Shown: positions 29,071 to 38,379 of the stretch, in pieces
How the letters are laid out: every line of letters starts with the position of its first letter
Numbering within the stretch: position 1 is the first letter of the stretch
DNA from: an uncultured Acidobacteriota bacterium
Lineage (GTDB): Bacteria > Acidobacteriota > Thermoanaerobaculia > Multivoradales > UBA5704
Assembly (NCBI GenBank): GCA_963770895.1
Contig: CAVYRF010000001.1
Span: 320,001 to 384,000, forward strand
Direction: 5' to 3'
Length of the DNA stretch: 64,000 bases
Position numbers and translations under genes: made by a program
Notes under the pieces: model-generated
The model's database searches: none
Told to the model about the DNA's origin: nothing
The model's input: the letters and a program-made list of their open reading frames with translations, nothing else

Positions 29071-31335
29071 ATGGCCAAAGCAGTCAAAGCAGACAAGGCG
29101 ACCACACGATTCGAGCGCGTCCGGGAGATCCTCGACCGTGCCGCGGGGGCCAGCGCCGCGGACTATGGCGGCTTGGGGCGGTTCTGGCACCTGCCGCTGT
29201 CCGAGCTGGCCGAGCTGCGGTTGCAAGGGGTGCGGCTGATCGCGGCCAAGGGCGGCGGTCACTCGTGTTGCCACGGCGCGGCGGCGGGCGCCGGCGCGGC
29301 CGCCGGCGGCAGCGCTGGCAGCGGTGGCAGCCATGCCGGCGCCACGGCCGGCACCGCGGAGCCTTCGCCCGGCCGCGGGGCGGCGTCGGGATTGATTCAG
29401 GGGCTGCGCGGGCAGGCGCCCTTCGACGGCTCGCGGTTCCCGCGCCTGCCCTGGGGTGGCGCGGCGGTGCCCGAGGAGCAGATCCGCTTCATCTCCGACT
29501 GGATCGACGACGGCCTGCCGGAGGCCGACCGCGTGATCGCCTCGTTTCCGCTGGTCGGCGACATGACCGCGCTGGCAGCGGCGGAGACGGTGGAGATCGA
29601 TGACACGGCGGCGGCGGAGATCGGCGCCGCCGGCACCGGCGACCAGGCCGGCCTGGCGCACGCCACCCACAGCATGGTCGCCGGCGCCGACCAGTACACC
29701 TACGAGCACGGCGAACCGCGCCACCGCATGAACCTGGACTGCATGTCGCCGGCACAGCTGGAAAAGCTGCGCTACGCCTTTCGCGAGATGTACCGGCTGA
29801 ACAAGTGGCCGGCGGATCGGCGCAGCTACAACAACCTGGCGCAGATCCACCAGGACCACTGCCAGCACGGCTGGGAGCGCTTCCTGCCGTGGCACCGCAT
29901 CTATCTGTACGAGTTCGAGCAGGCGATGCAGGACCTGGTGCCGGACGTCTCGCTGCCCTATTGGGATTGGGTCATGCCGCAGTACTGCCCGCGCCACCCC
30001 GAGCGCGGCATCCGCATCCCGACTTCGTTTCAGGCCTTTCTGACGCCCGCCGCGATCGACGACCTGAAAGATGGCGCACCGGCGCTGCCGGCCGCCGCGG
30101 CGCGCAAGCTGGCCAAGGCGATGACCGGCAAACATTACGCGACGTTGAGCGGGTTCTTTGAAGCGGTCGGCGCGGCGATCGGTCCCAGGTACGCGGAAGG
30201 GCTGTACCGCAACCGTTTTATCGACGCCCTGCTGGCCGTCAACTCGCTGTGGTATCCGCTGCGCTACCCCGGCCAATATCAAACCAAGGACGGCGCGCCG
30301 TCGACGATCAACAAGGCGATCCATTACCACTATCCCAAGCCCGAGGACATCGACGAGATCCTCAGCTTGCGGAGCTTCCGCGACTTCGGCGGCGGCAGCC
30401 TGTACAACGATTCGTTCGGTTTTCTGGATCAGAACCCGCACAACACGATGCACATCTGGACCGGCGGCATGAACCCCGACTACGGCAAGGCGCCGGCCGG
30501 CCTCGCCAGCGCCGCCGGGATGACCGCCGACAAGGCCGCCGCGGCGGCGGCGCTCGCGCCCGGCGGCGACGCCGGCACCGACCGCAACCGCGGCATCCTG
30601 GTGGCGGGCCGCCGCTTCCATTCGCGCGACGACATGTACAGCCAGCAGCAGTTCGGCGACATGTTCAGCAACCTGACGGCGTCGTACGACCCGGTGTTCT
30701 GGCCGATCCACGTCAACGTCGACCGCCTGTGGTGGGAGTGGCAGCAGATGCACCCGCAATCGGTGCCCTCCGACCTGGCGTCGGTGCTGACGCCGTGGAG
30801 CTACACCATCGCCGACACCCTGGAGATCAGCCGTTTCGGCTACGAATACGTGCGCAGCTCGTGCGTCATCCCGGTCGGCACCGGCGCGCCGGTGGGGCGG
30901 TTCGTGTCGCAGCCGATCGGCATCGCCCCCGCGGTGCGCTCGTTCCGCCAGGCCGAGGTGCGCCTGCACCGGGTGCCGCAGCTGGACCGGTCCTGTTTCA
31001 TCCGCGTCTTTCTCAACCTGGCCGACGCCGATGCCGCGACGTCCATCGACGACCCGCACTATGCCGGCTACCTGGCGGTCTTCGGCCACGGCGCCTGCGT
31101 CGGCGGGCCGGGGCATTGCGAGGCGCCGCCCAGCCGGCCGCGCAAGTACGACCTGCGGCCGCGCAGCCACAACACGCCGCGCAACCATCGCGTCAACGTC
31201 ACCAGCACCGCCCGCCGCCTGCTCGACGAAGGCGCCAGCTCGCTCGCCATCACGCTGGTGGTGATCGGCGCCGACTACTGCGCCGATCCCGAGCTGCTGC
31301 GCCTGGAAGGCGTATCGCTCAATTTTCTCGACTGA
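29071..31335 (+). CDS. Multidomain tyrosinase/polyphenol oxidase (type-3 copper)
   Basis: CuA IHQDHCQHGWERFLPWHR, LPYWDW, CuB PHNTMH...DPVFWPIHVNVDRLW; C-terminal RVFLN...HYAG domain; extra N-terminal domain. Confidence 0.9.
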   Translation: MAKAVKADKATTRFERVREILDRAAGASAADYGGLGRFWHLPLSELAELRLQGVRLIAAKGGGHSCCHGAAAGAGAAAGGSAGSGGSHAGATAGTAEPSPGRGAASGLIQGLRGQAPFDGSRFPRLPWGGAAVPEEQIRFISDWIDDGLPEADRVIASFPLVGDMTALAAAETVEIDDTAAAEIGAAGTGDQAGLAHATHSMVAGADQYTYEHGEPRHRMNLDCMSPAQLEKLRYAFREMYRLNKWPADRRSYNNLAQIHQDHCQHGWERFLPWHRIYLYEFEQAMQDLVPDVSLPYWDWVMPQYCPRHPERGIRIPTSFQAFLTPAAIDDLKDGAPALPAAAARKLAKAMTGKHYATLSGFFEAVGAAIGPRYAEGLYRNRFIDALLAVNSLWYPLRYPGQYQTKDGAPSTINKAIHYHYPKPEDIDEILSLRSFRDFGGGSLYNDSFGFLDQNPHNTMHIWTGGMNPDYGKAPAGLASAAGMTADKAAAAAALAPGGDAGTDRNRGILVAGRRFHSRDDMYSQQQFGDMFSNLTASYDPVFWPIHVNVDRLWWEWQQMHPQSVPSDLASVLTPWSYTIADTLEISRFGYEYVRSSCVIPVGTGAPVGRFVSQPIGIAPAVRSFRQAEVRLHRVPQLDRSCFIRVFLNLADADAATSIDDPHYAGYLAVFGHGACVGGPGHCEAPPSRPRKYDLRPRSHNTPRNHRVNVTSTARRLLDEGASSLAITLVVIGADYCADPELLRLEGVSLNFLD

Positions 31336-31359
31336 GCATCGAGCCGAGGACGACCGACC

Positions 31360-34098
31360 ATGACCACCGGCTACAAGATACATCCCGGCATCGGCATCGC
31401 GCGGCTGGGCAACGCGCCCGAAAGCTTCTGCATCTCGCCCGAAGCGCCGGCGGCGCTGCCCATCGATTGCGACGCGCGCGGCAATCCGCTGCTTTCGCCG
31501 GATGGCAAGAGCGAACTGACGATCCGCAAGTTCAAGGACGGCGAAGGGCGCATCAAGCGCCAGGCGGCGCGCTTCCAGGTCTACGTCTACGACGACGAAA
31601 GCCCCGAAGGGCGGCCGCTGCGCATGGGCGACCCGGTGTCGGGCGGCGGCAACCAGGGCTTCCTGATCGACATCCAGTGGCGCGCCTACCTGGCCAACAA
31701 GAAGTCCTCCTGGTACGAATTCATGCAGCTGGCCGGCGAGCACGGCTATGCGCCCGACCACCCGCGGCGCAACGCCGACATCGCCGATCCCGGCGCGCGC
31801 CAGCGGCTGATCATCGATCCCGGGCCGCGCATCGTCGACTGCACCCGCACCCGCGGCGCCCGCTTCGACCGCGACGGCGGCGACGTCTACGCCACGACCT
31901 TTCCGCCGCCGCTCAAACCGTGCCCCATCGACACCCTGGGCGAAATCATGACCGACGACAGCGGGCGCCTGCTGGTGCTGGGCGGTCACGGTCATTCCGG
32001 GTCGTTTTTGGCCGATCAGTTCGGCCAGCCGCGCATCGACACCTACGCCAACAACGACGGCTGGTTCGACGACACCTCGGACGGCCCGGTGACGGCGCGC
32101 CTGGTGATGTATTCGCCCAACGTCGGCGCCGTGCGCTACGTCGACGTCGAATATCCCGCCTGGGTGCTGGTCGGCTATCCCGCCTACGTGCCGCAGATCC
32201 TGGACATGGTGACGCTCGAAGAGGTGATGGAAGACCTGGCCGTGCAGCAGTTTGCCAGCCGCCCCGAGCTGTTCGGCCCGGCCGGCGGCTTTGACGACCC
32301 GCAGCACGTCGACCCCACCGACACCGAAGCGCTGATCCTCTGGCGCGCCGGCAGGCTGCGCTGGAACCCCGCCTACCGGCCGTGGTTCTACCGCGACATC
32401 TGGCCGATCCTCTTTCGCGCCGACCAGTTCAGCTACCTGACCAACGTGCTGGGGCTGTCCAACTATCCGCACAACCAGTCGGCGCGCGGCAATTTCGATC
32501 CCTTCCGCCTGGGAGTGCCGCCGCAGGTCGACGCCGAAGCGCTCAAGCGCTGCCAGCGCGAATGCCTGGCGCGCCAGCAGTCGGGGCGGCTGTTCGTGGA
32601 AACATTGGAGCCGGCGCTGCAGCTGCTCGACCGCCAGGAGCACGCGCGGCAGCTGCGCGGCGCCGCGGGCGCCGGTGCCGGCGCCAGCGCGCCTGGCACC
32701 CCCGATGCGCTGCCGCCGGCGGCGGGGGCGGCAGGGGCGGGGGCCGGCGCGGGAGCGGGGGTTGCTGGTGCGCCGCCGCCGCGTGCCGCTGGCGGCGAAG
32801 ACCGCATCGGCCGCTTCACCGCCGCGGTGCGCAAGGCGCTGGCGACGTTTGCCGCGGCGGTCATGGGCGGCAAGCCCGACGCCGACGCGCGGCGCTACCT
32901 GGCGGACTGGCGGCAGGCGTCGCAGGGCTCGCCCGAAGCCAAGGAGCAGCTGGACCAGGCGATCGAAGCGGCGCTGGCGGAGGTGGAATCGACGGCCGGG
33001 CCGGACGCCGGCGGCGACTGGCGCGAGCTGCGGCCGGCGGTCGCCCAGCACCTGAAGCGGTTCCATTCCGGCAAGCTCCTGGAAGACGCGCTGGCCGAGT
33101 GCGTGGCCGCGTGCACCCAGGACCCCTACCGCGACTACCGGCAGTTCCTGTTCGACCTGCTGCGGCAGCCGGGGGAAGAGAACAACTTCCGCGTCGGCGG
33201 CAAGCCCAGCAGCCGCGTCCACGGCCTGCCGCTCATGCCGCTGCTGGCCGGCGACAACCCGATCAGCAACCACCTGCCCGCCAAGTTCCTGGCCCTGACC
33301 GACTACCAGTACTACCTGCTGCGCCAGTGGGCGCGCGGCCTGTTCTTCAACGAAGAGATGGAGGGCTGGGGCCCGGTCGACCCCTGGCGGCCCTACGCCG
33401 GCTGGCAGAACCGCACCGGCCGCGACCTGGACCGCGGCGTGCTCACCAACCTGCTGGGCGGCGCCTTCTGCCCCGGCGGCGAAGTCGGCTGGATCATCCG
33501 CAACACCGCCATCTACCTGGAACCCTACCGGGTGAAGGCCGATCCCGGATTCTCTTCCTTCCGCCAGACCGCCGCCCAGGCCAACGCCAACCGCGGCGCC
33601 GTCCCCGAAGCCGACTACAGCGCCTACGTCGACTCCGCCCTCAGCCAATCCGACAACTTCGACCGCGGTATGCAACCCGGCGACCTGACCAAGCACATGG
33701 CGGTGCCCTGGCAGGCCGATTTCAACGAATGCACCACGCAGACCATCAACATCACCTACGAGGGATGGAACCTGATCTATCCCGAAAGCGAAAAGAACAC
33801 CCTGATGCGCCGCGAGCAGGCCGTCTGGGAAACCCTCTGGTGGCCGGCGCACCGCCCCCTCCAGGTCTTCGAGACCAACGCCGACGGCGACACCCCGTTC
33901 GTCGACTGGAGCCGCGGCGTGCCGCAGACCGCCGCCGGCAATCTCAAGATGGTCACCGAATGGCGCCGCCTGCCCTTCGTGCGCGTCAATCCCGCGGCCA
34001 CCGACCTGCCGAGCGAAGTGCCGCCGCCGTCGCCGCCGCCCTACATCGCCGTTGAGAGAACCCCCGAGCCGCGGCCGGGCCAGGGTTCCAAAAAGTAG
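31360..34098 (+). CDS. LodA/GoxA family CTQ-dependent oxidase
   Basis: YKIHPGIGIARLGN, RIKRQAARF, LANKK, NNDGWFDDTSDGPV, GGAFCPG, PGDLTKHMAVPWQADFNEC, WWPAHRP (Asp/Cys/Trp of the CTQ site). Confidence 0.92.
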   Translation: MTTGYKIHPGIGIARLGNAPESFCISPEAPAALPIDCDARGNPLLSPDGKSELTIRKFKDGEGRIKRQAARFQVYVYDDESPEGRPLRMGDPVSGGGNQGFLIDIQWRAYLANKKSSWYEFMQLAGEHGYAPDHPRRNADIADPGARQRLIIDPGPRIVDCTRTRGARFDRDGGDVYATTFPPPLKPCPIDTLGEIMTDDSGRLLVLGGHGHSGSFLADQFGQPRIDTYANNDGWFDDTSDGPVTARLVMYSPNVGAVRYVDVEYPAWVLVGYPAYVPQILDMVTLEEVMEDLAVQQFASRPELFGPAGGFDDPQHVDPTDTEALILWRAGRLRWNPAYRPWFYRDIWPILFRADQFSYLTNVLGLSNYPHNQSARGNFDPFRLGVPPQVDAEALKRCQRECLARQQSGRLFVETLEPALQLLDRQEHARQLRGAAGAGAGASAPGTPDALPPAAGAAGAGAGAGAGVAGAPPPRAAGGEDRIGRFTAAVRKALATFAAAVMGGKPDADARRYLADWRQASQGSPEAKEQLDQAIEAALAEVESTAGPDAGGDWRELRPAVAQHLKRFHSGKLLEDALAECVAACTQDPYRDYRQFLFDLLRQPGEENNFRVGGKPSSRVHGLPLMPLLAGDNPISNHLPAKFLALTDYQYYLLRQWARGLFFNEEMEGWGPVDPWRPYAGWQNRTGRDLDRGVLTNLLGGAFCPGGEVGWIIRNTAIYLEPYRVKADPGFSSFRQTAAQANANRGAVPEADYSAYVDSALSQSDNFDRGMQPGDLTKHMAVPWQADFNECTTQTINITYEGWNLIYPESEKNTLMRREQAVWETLWWPAHRPLQVFETNADGDTPFVDWSRGVPQTAAGNLKMVTEWRRLPFVRVNPAATDLPSEVPPPSPPPYIAVERTPEPRPGQGSKK

Positions 34099-34122
34099 TG
34101 AGCCAAGAAGTAGTGAGCCAAG
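34093..34122 (+). repeat. Perfect 15-bp tandem duplication spanning the lodA stop codon
   Basis: aagtagtgagccaag x2 (34093-34107, 34108-34122). Confidence 0.85.
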
Positions 34123-34142
34123 GAGCGAGGAGAGACCGCCCG

Positions 34143-34577
34143 ATGCCCCCTGCCAAGACGCCCGCCAATCCCTTTGTCGGCACCTGGACCTATCGCAGCC
34201 TGCTCAACGACCCGGATCTAGCTACCGCCTTCGACGCCCTGGAATTCGGCCGCGGCACCCTGGTCATCGAAGAAGCCCCCGAACAGCTCCTCCACGGCAC
34301 CCTCGGCGGCCCCGGCTGGTCGCTCGCCCTGCGCGGCTCGCGCTCCTACGGCAACCCCATGCAGGTCCGCTTCCAGGGCAAGGGTCTGGTCAACGGCGAA
34401 CAGTGGGTCTACGACTACATCGGCTGGCTGGTCCCCGTCTGGCCCAACAGCACCGACACCCTGGACCGCCCCGCCATCGTCGGCTCCATCGTCCGCACCG
34501 TCCCCCACGCCGGCAGCGGCGGCGGCACCAACCCCGCCGGCGTCGTCGCCTCCTTCTACGCCGTCCGCGCGGACTGA
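34143..34577 (+). CDS. Small hypothetical protein, probably all-beta
   Basis: FVGTWTYRS...WVYDYIGWLVPVWPN...RPAIVGSIVRTVPH...GVVASF; GAGGAG RBS; GC3-rich codons. Confidence 0.8.
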   Translation: MPPAKTPANPFVGTWTYRSLLNDPDLATAFDALEFGRGTLVIEEAPEQLLHGTLGGPGWSLALRGSRSYGNPMQVRFQGKGLVNGEQWVYDYIGWLVPVWPNSTDTLDRPAIVGSIVRTVPHAGSGGGTNPAGVVASFYAVRAD

Positions 34578-34604
34578 CCGCCGCGCCGGGGCACGAAAGA
34601 CCGC

Positions 34605-35942
34605 GTGTCCGCAGCCAGCGGTCAAGAGAGCAAGCGCGTGCCGCCAGGAGGAGACGCGGTGGGACCGCAGGGGACAGGGGAGTGGGATTGGGATTGGGAG
34701 TGGGACGCGGCGATCGTCGGCGGCGGCCCGGCCGGCTGTGCCACCGCCCTGGCGTTGCGCGCCCACGCGCCCACCTTGCGCGTCGTGTTGCTGGAAGCCT
34801 CGGCCTACCAGCACCCGCGCCTGGGCGAAACCCTGCCGCCGCTCGCGCGCCAGCTGCTGGAGCACCTGGGCGTCTGGGACGCCTTCGTCGCGCAGGGTCA
34901 CCGCCAGGTGCACGGCACCGCCGCGGCCTGGGGCAGCGCCGTGCCGCGCGGTCACGATTACTTCTTCGGCATGCAAGGCCCCGGCTGGCACCTGGACCGC
35001 GCCGCCTTCGACGCCATGCTGGCCGCGCAGGCGGAGCGCCAGGGCGTCACCGTCCTGCGCCGCACGCGCGTGCGCGGCGCCGACCGCGACGGTGGCGAGC
35101 GCGATGATGGCGCCGGCCACCGCGGCGCCGAAGGCGGCGGCTGGCGGCTGCGCCTGGGGGGCGGCCGGCGCCTGCACGCCCGTTTCGTGATCGACGCCAC
35201 CGGCCCCTCTGCCTCGCTGGCGCGCCTGGCCGGTGCGCGCTTTGTGGCGCTCGATCGCCTGACCGGCTACGGCCGCCTGTTCGCAGAGCCGCCGGCGGCG
35301 AGCGATGCGCTGTCAGCAAGCACAGCGATGCCGGCGCAAGGTCTGATGTCGGCGGGTGCCATGCGAGCGAGCGCCAGGCCAGTCGTGGATGGCGTGCCGA
35401 ATGGCCACGGTGGCCGCTGGTCCGCCGACCCCCGCGTGCTGGTCGAAGCCTTCGCCGACGGCTTCTGGTACACCGCCGGCCTGCCGGGCGGCCGTCGCGT
35501 CGCCGTCTGCCTGACCGATGCCGACGTGGCCCGCCGCCTGCGGCTCACCGATGCCGCCGGCTGGGCCTGCGCCCTGGCCGCCACCACCCACGTCCGCCAG
35601 GCCCTGCAAGGCGCGCAGCTCCCCGGGCCGCTGCTGGTGCGTCCGGCGCAGTCGCGGCTGCTGCAACCCGCCGCCGGCGACGGCTGGCTGGCGGTCGGCG
35701 ATGCCGCCTCGCTGTTCGAGCCCCTGTCCGCCCAGGGCATCGTCAAAGCCCTGCGCAGCGGCATCTTTGCCGCCTACGCCGCCGGCGACCTGCTGACCAG
35801 GGGCGACGCCCGCGGCATCGACCGCTACACCCGCCTCGTCCCCGACGAGTTCGCCGGTTACACCCAAGCCCGCGCCCGCATCTACGCCGAAGAGCGCCGC
35901 TGGCCCCAAAGCGAATTCTGGCGCCGCCGCACCGCCGCCTGA
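34605..35942 (+). CDS. LodB/GoxB-like FAD-dependent protein (CTQ biogenesis)
   Basis: IVGGGPAG, RLGETLPP, GWHLDRAAFD, IDATG, AVGDAA..FEPLSAQGI, FWRRR; follows the lodA-like gene. Confidence 0.9.
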   Translation: MSAASGQESKRVPPGGDAVGPQGTGEWDWDWEWDAAIVGGGPAGCATALALRAHAPTLRVVLLEASAYQHPRLGETLPPLARQLLEHLGVWDAFVAQGHRQVHGTAAAWGSAVPRGHDYFFGMQGPGWHLDRAAFDAMLAAQAERQGVTVLRRTRVRGADRDGGERDDGAGHRGAEGGGWRLRLGGGRRLHARFVIDATGPSASLARLAGARFVALDRLTGYGRLFAEPPAASDALSASTAMPAQGLMSAGAMRASARPVVDGVPNGHGGRWSADPRVLVEAFADGFWYTAGLPGGRRVAVCLTDADVARRLRLTDAAGWACALAATTHVRQALQGAQLPGPLLVRPAQSRLLQPAAGDGWLAVGDAASLFEPLSAQGIVKALRSGIFAAYAAGDLLTRGDARGIDRYTRLVPDEFAGYTQARARIYAEERRWPQSEFWRRRTAA

Positions 35943-36049
35943 AAACCGGGGCACCATGGATTCCTGGCTGTAGACGGAAGGAAAACGCGATGATTCGGGA
36001 GCAGAAGAGCGACTCGCTGAGAGGGTGTGCGGTGAACTGCGATTCAAAT

Positions 36050-36979
36050 TCACCCAACCGCCGAGAGCACAGACCGTTCTTTGCTGGTCAAGTATTCAAG
36101 TGCGGAGTTGTGCCACGCCTCGGCTTCTGACTTGTTTCGATCATAGAGTTCGATGAAAGCTCTTCCACACGCCGACTGAGGAAAGCGTCGCTCCTCCACG
36201 ATCTTCCTGAGGAAGAGCTCGGCGCGAGCCTGTTTTACGATGTCGGTGGAAAATCTGTTCTCCAGCTGCGGCCACAAAAGCAGAATAATCTCACAGCGCG
36301 ATTCGAGCAGATCTTCACGAGTGTCCAGTTCAAAAAAGTCGATCACCACCTGCGCCCGCAGCCGTTTTTCTGAATCCACTGGGCGAGGCCCGATGAGCGG
36401 ACCGCGAAAGAAAAGATACTCGCCAGGGTCATCGGCGCGCTCGCCGAGCGGAAAGAGCAGCAGGGGTTTTTCGCGTGCGTCGAGAGAAGCTCGGTCCGTG
36501 GTCAGCGAGTCAGGGATGCCAGCAATCGGGAAGCAATCTGATTTGTAGGACGAGTTGCAGACTTTGCATGAGACCAGGTAGTTGAAGGGATCAAAGGCGA
36601 AGCGAAGGTATCCATTGCTGTATCCCGTGGCCACCCTGGCGACGTAGCTCCGAATATTGGCCCGACGGTCCATCAGTTCATCGCTTGGCCAAGGAGTTAC
36701 TCGGTTCTTCGGACGGTAGTGCTCGATGTCATAGTCAACAGCCACCTTGGTGGCGGAGCCGGATTCAGTCTTGGCCATGGCCTGTTCGCAATAGATGCAC
36801 TTGAAATCCTGGAGCAGTATGAATACCTCCTTGATCTCGCTCCAGAGGCCAACTTTTTTTGCAGTACCGCCCGCCCGAATTGCGGCTGCTGTCTTTTTTG
36901 AAGCGCGTGAGAACCACCCAGGCCTCTTGGCCTCAATGGCCAAGCGCAATGCGCGGTCCGAAACTGGTACAAGAATCAT
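36050..36979 (-). CDS. HNH endonuclease (PtuB-like)
   Basis: KCIYCEQ, DIEHYRPK, NYLVSCKVCN..YKSDCFP, EKPLLL; alternative start at 37045. Confidence 0.8.
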   Translation of the reverse strand: MILVPVSDRALRLAIEAKRPGWFSRASKKTAAAIRAGGTAKKVGLWSEIKEVFILLQDFKCIYCEQAMAKTESGSATKVAVDYDIEHYRPKNRVTPWPSDELMDRRANIRSYVARVATGYSNGYLRFAFDPFNYLVSCKVCNSSYKSDCFPIAGIPDSLTTDRASLDAREKPLLLFPLGERADDPGEYLFFRGPLIGPRPVDSEKRLRAQVVIDFFELDTREDLLESRCEIILLLWPQLENRFSTDIVKQARAELFLRKIVEERRFPQSACGRAFIELYDRNKSEAEAWHNSALEYLTSKERSVLSAVG

Positions 36980-37028
36980 CTTTGTTGACGATGTGTCACT
37001 TGGCGGAGGCAGCGAGGCGATAGAGTTT

Positions 37029-38261
37029 CTACTCTGCTCCTCCACCCAGCGTCATCAAGCGCATGAACTGTATGGCGGCTTCTGGATCGCCCTCGCCGGC
37101 AGCCTGGGCCTGGGCCTGTAGCTGCGCTGTGAATCGCGGATCGCGGGTTGATGCGAGGCCGAAGCTTCCGCTGGTCAGGATTTGATCCGCCGAGAGGCCG
37201 TAGACTTCTTCGGCCGATCGCCGCAGTCGGCTTCTCCCAACCCCTTGTAATCTCTCAGATTCAAGTACGAAGACGCTGGCTCCGCGCAAAGTTCCTACGA
37301 CCAGGGGGCTGTGCGACGTAAGTATGAATTGCAGATTGGGAAGGGCGCGCGCCATTGTTGGGATGACGCGCTGTTGCCATTCGGGATGCAGATACAGGTC
37401 CACCTCGTCAATGAGGACAACTCCGCGCCTGTCAAGAAGCTGAATCCCGCTTGCAGCTCCCATCGAGAGGTGGTAGAGCAGGTCGGCGATCCAGCCGATA
37501 TAGGCGCGATAGCCGTCGGACAATGCCTGAAATGGCAGGTCGGCGCCGTCAATTCGGAAGAGAGATTCGATCTCGCCTGAGTGCAGCAGCTCGACATGCG
37601 GTGCGAGCAGCTTGTTGAGCAATGAGAATACCTGCTGGTGACGGTCTGGGTCGGTGGCGAAGAGCCGTGGTAACCAGGAGGAGAGCGGGACCAGGGTCAC
37701 CGCCTCTTCGAAAAGACCCGCAACTCGCGTGTAGCGGATAGCCCGCGACCTCGACCGTAGCTCTTCGGAGAAGCTGGCGTTGGGGTCCACCCGACGGCTG
37801 GAGCCGTAACCGGTCATGAAGAATGCGGGCGAGTTCTCATCCCACAACTCCTCTGACCATTCCAACGCATCATTCGGCGGTCGGAAGCGGTCGATCCAGC
37901 CGCGCGTTCTTGTGAGAACGGTTTCCACGTTGCGGAGACCAACTTGACCATCTTCCTTATGCAATGCCAGTTCGGCTACTACTCTAGCCTCCAGCTTCAT
38001 TTCCTGTACCCCTCTGCTCCCGGCGCGGCGCACCAGCGAGAAGGGGACAAAGCCCGAGTTTCCTGCCAGGAACGGACCGAGGGCTGCAAGGGCCGCGGCT
38101 CGCAGCACCGTGGACTTTCCCGAGCCGTTGTCACCGAGAAGAAGGTTCACGTTCGGTAGCAGCGATTCGTCTGCGGGTGGCTGATCGCCAGGAACTCCGA
38201 AGTGAAGGTACGCCTTCTCAAAGGTGCGGAGATTGTCGATTTGAAGCGTCCGAATGTACAT
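37029..38261 (-). CDS. AAA/ABC-type ATPase (PtuA-like)
   Basis: IDNLRTF, GDNGSGKSTVL, GYGSSRR, LSDGYR, VLIDEVDLYLHPEWQ, TSHSP. Confidence 0.9.
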   Translation of the reverse strand: MYIRTLQIDNLRTFEKAYLHFGVPGDQPPADESLLPNVNLLLGDNGSGKSTVLRAAALAALGPFLAGNSGFVPFSLVRRAGSRGVQEMKLEARVVAELALHKEDGQVGLRNVETVLTRTRGWIDRFRPPNDALEWSEELWDENSPAFFMTGYGSSRRVDPNASFSEELRSRSRAIRYTRVAGLFEEAVTLVPLSSWLPRLFATDPDRHQQVFSLLNKLLAPHVELLHSGEIESLFRIDGADLPFQALSDGYRAYIGWIADLLYHLSMGAASGIQLLDRRGVVLIDEVDLYLHPEWQQRVIPTMARALPNLQFILTSHSPLVVGTLRGASVFVLESERLQGVGRSRLRRSAEEVYGLSADQILTSGSFGLASTRDPRFTAQLQAQAQAAGEGDPEAAIQFMRLMTLGGGAE

Positions 38262-38379
38262 CGTGGTACTCCTGTGACGATTTTACCGTTTGTTGCAAGA
38301 GCTGTGCAACCTGGCCGGATCGCTCCGATTGCTCCGGTAGAGAGCGCTCATCTTAACTTTTGTGCCATGCTGGAGGGTA

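Noticed and set aside
28939-33852. 1637-aa minus-strand ORF and other long antisense or overlapping ORFs
   Set aside because: Shadow frames expected from high-GC codon bias opposite well-supported genes; no motifs
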